From Acidimicrobiia bacterium (GTDB lineage: Bacteria > Actinomycetota > Acidimicrobiia > Spongiisociales > JAENVV01), in the NCBI GenBank assembly GCA_029881355.1, contig JAOUMT010000001.1, positions 1 to 51,295 on the forward strand: 51,295 bases of DNA. Direction: 5' to 3'. Of the stretch, positions 48,535 to 51,295 are shown piece after piece. The notes beneath the pieces are model-generated. The model was not told the DNA's origin. It saw nothing but the letters and a program-made list of their open reading frames with translations, and searched no databases. The first letter of the stretch is position 1. Every line of letters begins with the position of its first letter. The position numbers were made by a program, and so were the translations under genes.

Positions 48535-49395
48535 TTACACCCTGACCGGTAGCGCAACCCGCTCGTCGGCCGAGGTAGTTCTCAGTGTGAAACAGAAACG
48601 GGCACCCACCGGAAAGCGCGGCTCGTACCAAACGTCGCCACCCATCGCCCTGGCCAGGTTCCGAGCAATTGGTAGCCCCAGGCCGATCCCCTGGTTGGCC
48701 CGACTATCGCCCTTTGATACCTGCTCGAAATGACGAAAGATGATTTCGCGTTCGTGCTCTTTGACGCCTTGACCATTGTCCGAGACGACGACCATGAATA
48801 GCTCACCGACGTGCGCTCCTTCGATCAGGACCTGATCGCCGCCATACTTGCGGGCGTTTTCGAGAAGATTCCGGAGCACTTGGCCAACCCGTCGGCGGTC
48901 GGCGAACACCATCGCTCCGCCAGGAATGGTGGTCTGCGCCTCAGCATCCGAATCTCGGAACGTGAGGGCAGCCAGCTCATGGGCCAGAACCGAAATGTCG
49001 AGCAGCTCAGGTTCGAGGCGAAGCCGACCCGCCTCCAACCTCGGGATAACCAATACATCTTCTACGAGTTCTTCGAGATGTTTTGCCTGGGACACGACGA
49101 TGTTGAGGAACTCATTGACTTCGTCGACGCCAAGGTCTTGCCAACCCTCGGCCAATAGTGAGCCGAAGCCGGAGATCGAGGTCAACGGCGTCCGCAGCTC
49201 GTGGCTCACCATCGAGACAAAGTCGTTCTTCATGCGGGCGGCCCGCTCAGCCGCCAGGACGGCCGCTCGTTCGCGGCGCCGTGCGAGTAAGACCGCCACG
49301 AGACCAACCCCACCCACGAGGATGGACAGCACAGCGAAGAACGCTGATTGGAGATCCATAGTGATCATCCTTGTTGCGCAACCTACCGGTCGCAC
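48535..49395 (-). CDS. Small membrane-anchored sensor histidine kinase (HisKA/HATPase_c)
   Basis: One TM helix (FFAVLSILVGGVGLVAVLLA), H-box FVSMVSHELRTPLTSI, N-box LRNLLENARKYG, G-boxes SDNGQGV / GIGLGLPIAR. There is essentially no sensor domain. Confidence 0.85.
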   Translation of the reverse strand: MRPVGCATRMITMDLQSAFFAVLSILVGGVGLVAVLLARRRERAAVLAAERAARMKNDFVSMVSHELRTPLTSISGFGSLLAEGWQDLGVDEVNEFLNIVVSQAKHLEELVEDVLVIPRLEAGRLRLEPELLDISVLAHELAALTFRDSDAEAQTTIPGGAMVFADRRRVGQVLRNLLENARKYGGDQVLIEGAHVGELFMVVVSDNGQGVKEHEREIIFRHFEQVSKGDSRANQGIGLGLPIARNLARAMGGDVWYEPRFPVGARFCFTLRTTSADERVALPVRV

Positions 49396-49412
49396 GTCTC
49401 GGTTAGTTTTTG

Positions 49413-50402
49413 TTAGTTCTCATAGAGGCTCGACAAGCTGTGGCGTGCCTCTTCCTCGATCAGTTTGGCGTGGTGGATCGACGAGTCGATCACCGTTGCC
49501 ATCGGGGAGCTGATGGCGCGCAGCGTCTTGGCAACCCCGGGAGCAAATGCGTTCGGCGTTGTCGCCCCGAGCAACAACAACCCGATCACATCTCCACGCA
49601 TCTTCAACTCTACGGCAAACGTCGACTCCAGTTTCTCACTATCGGCCTCAAGCATCTCAATGGTGTCGGAACGCCACACCTGCATTGCCGAAGGTTCATA
49701 GTTGAGGTCTGCCCTGGTGTGTAACTCCAGGCCGGCCCGATCCACGAACGATTCGAATTCATCAATATCAAGCGCCCGGTCGACATGCACCGAAATGGCT
49801 TTTTCGTCAACCAAAGCGAGCGCCGCCACCTCGAAGGACACGAACCTGCGAACGATAAACATCAACTCGACCAGGGTGGTCTTCAGGTCGAGGGGGCGGG
49901 TGGACAGCGTGACGATGTCGTTGACAACGGTCATTTCGAACAACTTGCGGTCAAGCATGGACGTAACCCGCTCTAGAACGTCCATCTGGTCGAGATCAAT
50001 CGGGTCGGCCTGTTGTGCGCCGCTCAACTCCGACAATGCCCGCGACGCAGACACGGATTTCACCGCAGCCGCAAGATCATCACCGAGTGCTTCTTTTGTC
50101 AAGTAACCATCGGCGCCCGACTTGGCAGCCCAATAGCGATCCTCGGTGGAATCGTGAGCGGTGAGAATGAGCACCGGGATGTGCGCAACCGTCCAGTCCT
50201 CTTTGAGAAGGCGACAGGCCATGTAGCCGGTCATCCTGGGCATCTGGATATCGAGAACGATGAGGTCTGGCATCTCGCGGTATACCGCCTGAATGGTGCC
50301 AATTCCGTCTTCGGCGGTCACTATCTCATGACCGTCCGCGCTCAGCACGACCGAGACGGCCGTCCGGATCACCGGCGAGTCGTCAGCGACAAGAATCTTC
50401 AT
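49413..50402 (-). CDS. Response regulator: REC domain plus C-terminal GAF-like domain, no DNA-binding domain
   Basis: REC (KILVADDSPVIR...LIVLDIQMPRMTG...ILTAHD..GADGYLTKE) followed by ~200 aa with GAF-like features (LERVTSML..., ...GDVIGLLLLG). ATG 50402 overlaps the upstream stop (ATGA). Confidence 0.7.
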   Translation of the reverse strand: MKILVADDSPVIRTAVSVVLSADGHEIVTAEDGIGTIQAVYREMPDLIVLDIQMPRMTGYMACRLLKEDWTVAHIPVLILTAHDSTEDRYWAAKSGADGYLTKEALGDDLAAAVKSVSASRALSELSGAQQADPIDLDQMDVLERVTSMLDRKLFEMTVVNDIVTLSTRPLDLKTTLVELMFIVRRFVSFEVAALALVDEKAISVHVDRALDIDEFESFVDRAGLELHTRADLNYEPSAMQVWRSDTIEMLEADSEKLESTFAVELKMRGDVIGLLLLGATTPNAFAPGVAKTLRAISSPMATVIDSSIHHAKLIEEEARHSLSSLYEN

Positions 50403-51295
50403 CGGCCGGCCTCCGCGACCGATTGGCCAAGCAACGACCACAGCGTGGTGGCGAGGGCACCCTGACGAAAGTCCGCCTTGTCGATATATGCATCGACTCC
50501 TTCGGCAAACGCTCGCCGTTGGTCGCCCGCCGCCGCAACCCCCGAGACCATCACGATGGGCAAGGCACGTCGCACCGAACGAACCTGTCGAACAAGTTCG
50601 ATCCCGTTTTGGCCAGGCATCTGAAAATCAACCACAAGGGCATCAACGGGAGAATCCACCAGCATCTTGAGCGCTTCTTCAGCATTCGGGGCGACGGTGG
50701 TTTCGAAGCCGTGCACCCCCAACGTTGCTGAGATGAGCTGGCGCACCCCGAGACTGTCATCAACAATCAAGACCTTCGGCCGATACGGCTTGGAGTCATC
50801 GGGCACCCTGGCATCGACCACGATCTGGCGGGGATCGATGACAACGACAACTTCCTCGCCGCCAAGATGGGCCGCGGCGGCCACCTGCGGGGAACCATCC
50901 AGGATCGGGCCAAGACTCTTGACGGCGACCTGGCGCCGGCCGACGATTGCCGAGACCAGCAAACCGATCTGTCCTTCGGGACTCGCAACAACCAACACCT
51001 GATCGGGTTGGGTGGTTGGAGTCGCCCCGACTATCGATGCAAGACTGCGCAGGGCGAGCGGCGATCCGCGGAAACTCATCACGCCGTCGTGGACATTCGT
51101 GGCAGCTAACGCCGTAATGACCGACGCCTCGGGGATGCCCCATTCCTGACCTTCGGCCTCCACGATCCACAGGTCCTGGAGGATCAACGAACGAGGAACC
51201 ACCAGCGAAACGACCGTGCCGTGGTTGTCCGAGGCGATACGGATGTCTCCGTTGAGCACCCGGGCGGCTTCGTAGGCGGAGGCCAGACCGGCTCC
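50399..51295 (-). CDS. CheA-like hybrid histidine kinase, C-terminal part only (end of HATPase_c + CheW-like domain + REC); 5' end outside the window
   Basis: The reading frame is open to the window edge. Visible parts: tail of the ATPase domain (GDIRIASDNHGTVVSLVVP), a CheW-like domain (WGIPEASV...FRGSPLALRSLASIVG...GLLVSAIVGRRQVAVKSLGPIL) and REC (KVLIVDDSLGVR...ALVVDFQMPGQNG...DAYIDK). Confidence 0.75.
   Translation of the reverse strand, partial: GAGLASAYEAARVLNGDIRIASDNHGTVVSLVVPRSLILQDLWIVEAEGQEWGIPEASVITALAATNVHDGVMSFRGSPLALRSLASIVGATPTTQPDQVLVVASPEGQIGLLVSAIVGRRQVAVKSLGPILDGSPQVAAAAHLGGEEVVVVIDPRQIVVDARVPDDSKPYRPKVLIVDDSLGVRQLISATLGVHGFETTVAPNAEEALKMLVDSPVDALVVDFQMPGQNGIELVRQVRSVRRALPIVMVSGVAAAGDQRRAFAEGVDAYIDKADFRQGALATTLWSLLGQSVAEAGR

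Overview
High-GC, very gene-dense chromosomal segment (about 46 genes, one tRNA) that looks actinobacterial. The evidence is a WhiB-family regulator and Mycobacterium-like synteny (pth-rplY, mfd-mazG-eno-ftsB-DUF501-ppx). All product calls come from motifs I recognise in the supplied translations; no database search was run. Left to right: (i) about 950 nt of non-coding DNA made of a ~275-nt tandem repeat that runs off the 5' edge; (ii) a trehalose node (GH13 alpha-glucosidase, TreS-maltokinase fusion, otsB-otsA); (iii) a menE-arfB-sulfotransferase string and a menaquinone cluster (menE,B,A,H,D,F); (iv) a DosR-like stress module (NarL-type RR, USP, CBS-BON protein, divergent GAF histidine kinase); (v) whiB; (vi) a long minus-strand run: pat, polX, class II photolyase, a/b-hydrolase, aceK, tRNA-Leu(UAA), ppx, DUF501, ftsB, eno, mazG, parvulin PPIase, mfd, thioesterase, SDR, pgsA; (vii) glpD/glpK, pth, rplY, a stand-alone B12-binding domain, pcrA; (viii) a Che-like signalling string (HK, REC-GAF regulator, 3' part of a CheA-CheW-REC hybrid kinase cut by the window edge). 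I found no CRISPR array, transposase, integrase, prophage or recognisable defence system. The one region no gene model explains is the tandem array at 1-950, which is also the only long non-coding stretch in the window; it is my best candidate for something undescribed, and its function is unknown. Secondary oddities: aceK in an actinobacterial context next to a tRNA, a sulfotransferase beside otsAB, an otsA that seems to need a non-canonical start codon, and the REC-GAF / CheA-hybrid cluster.
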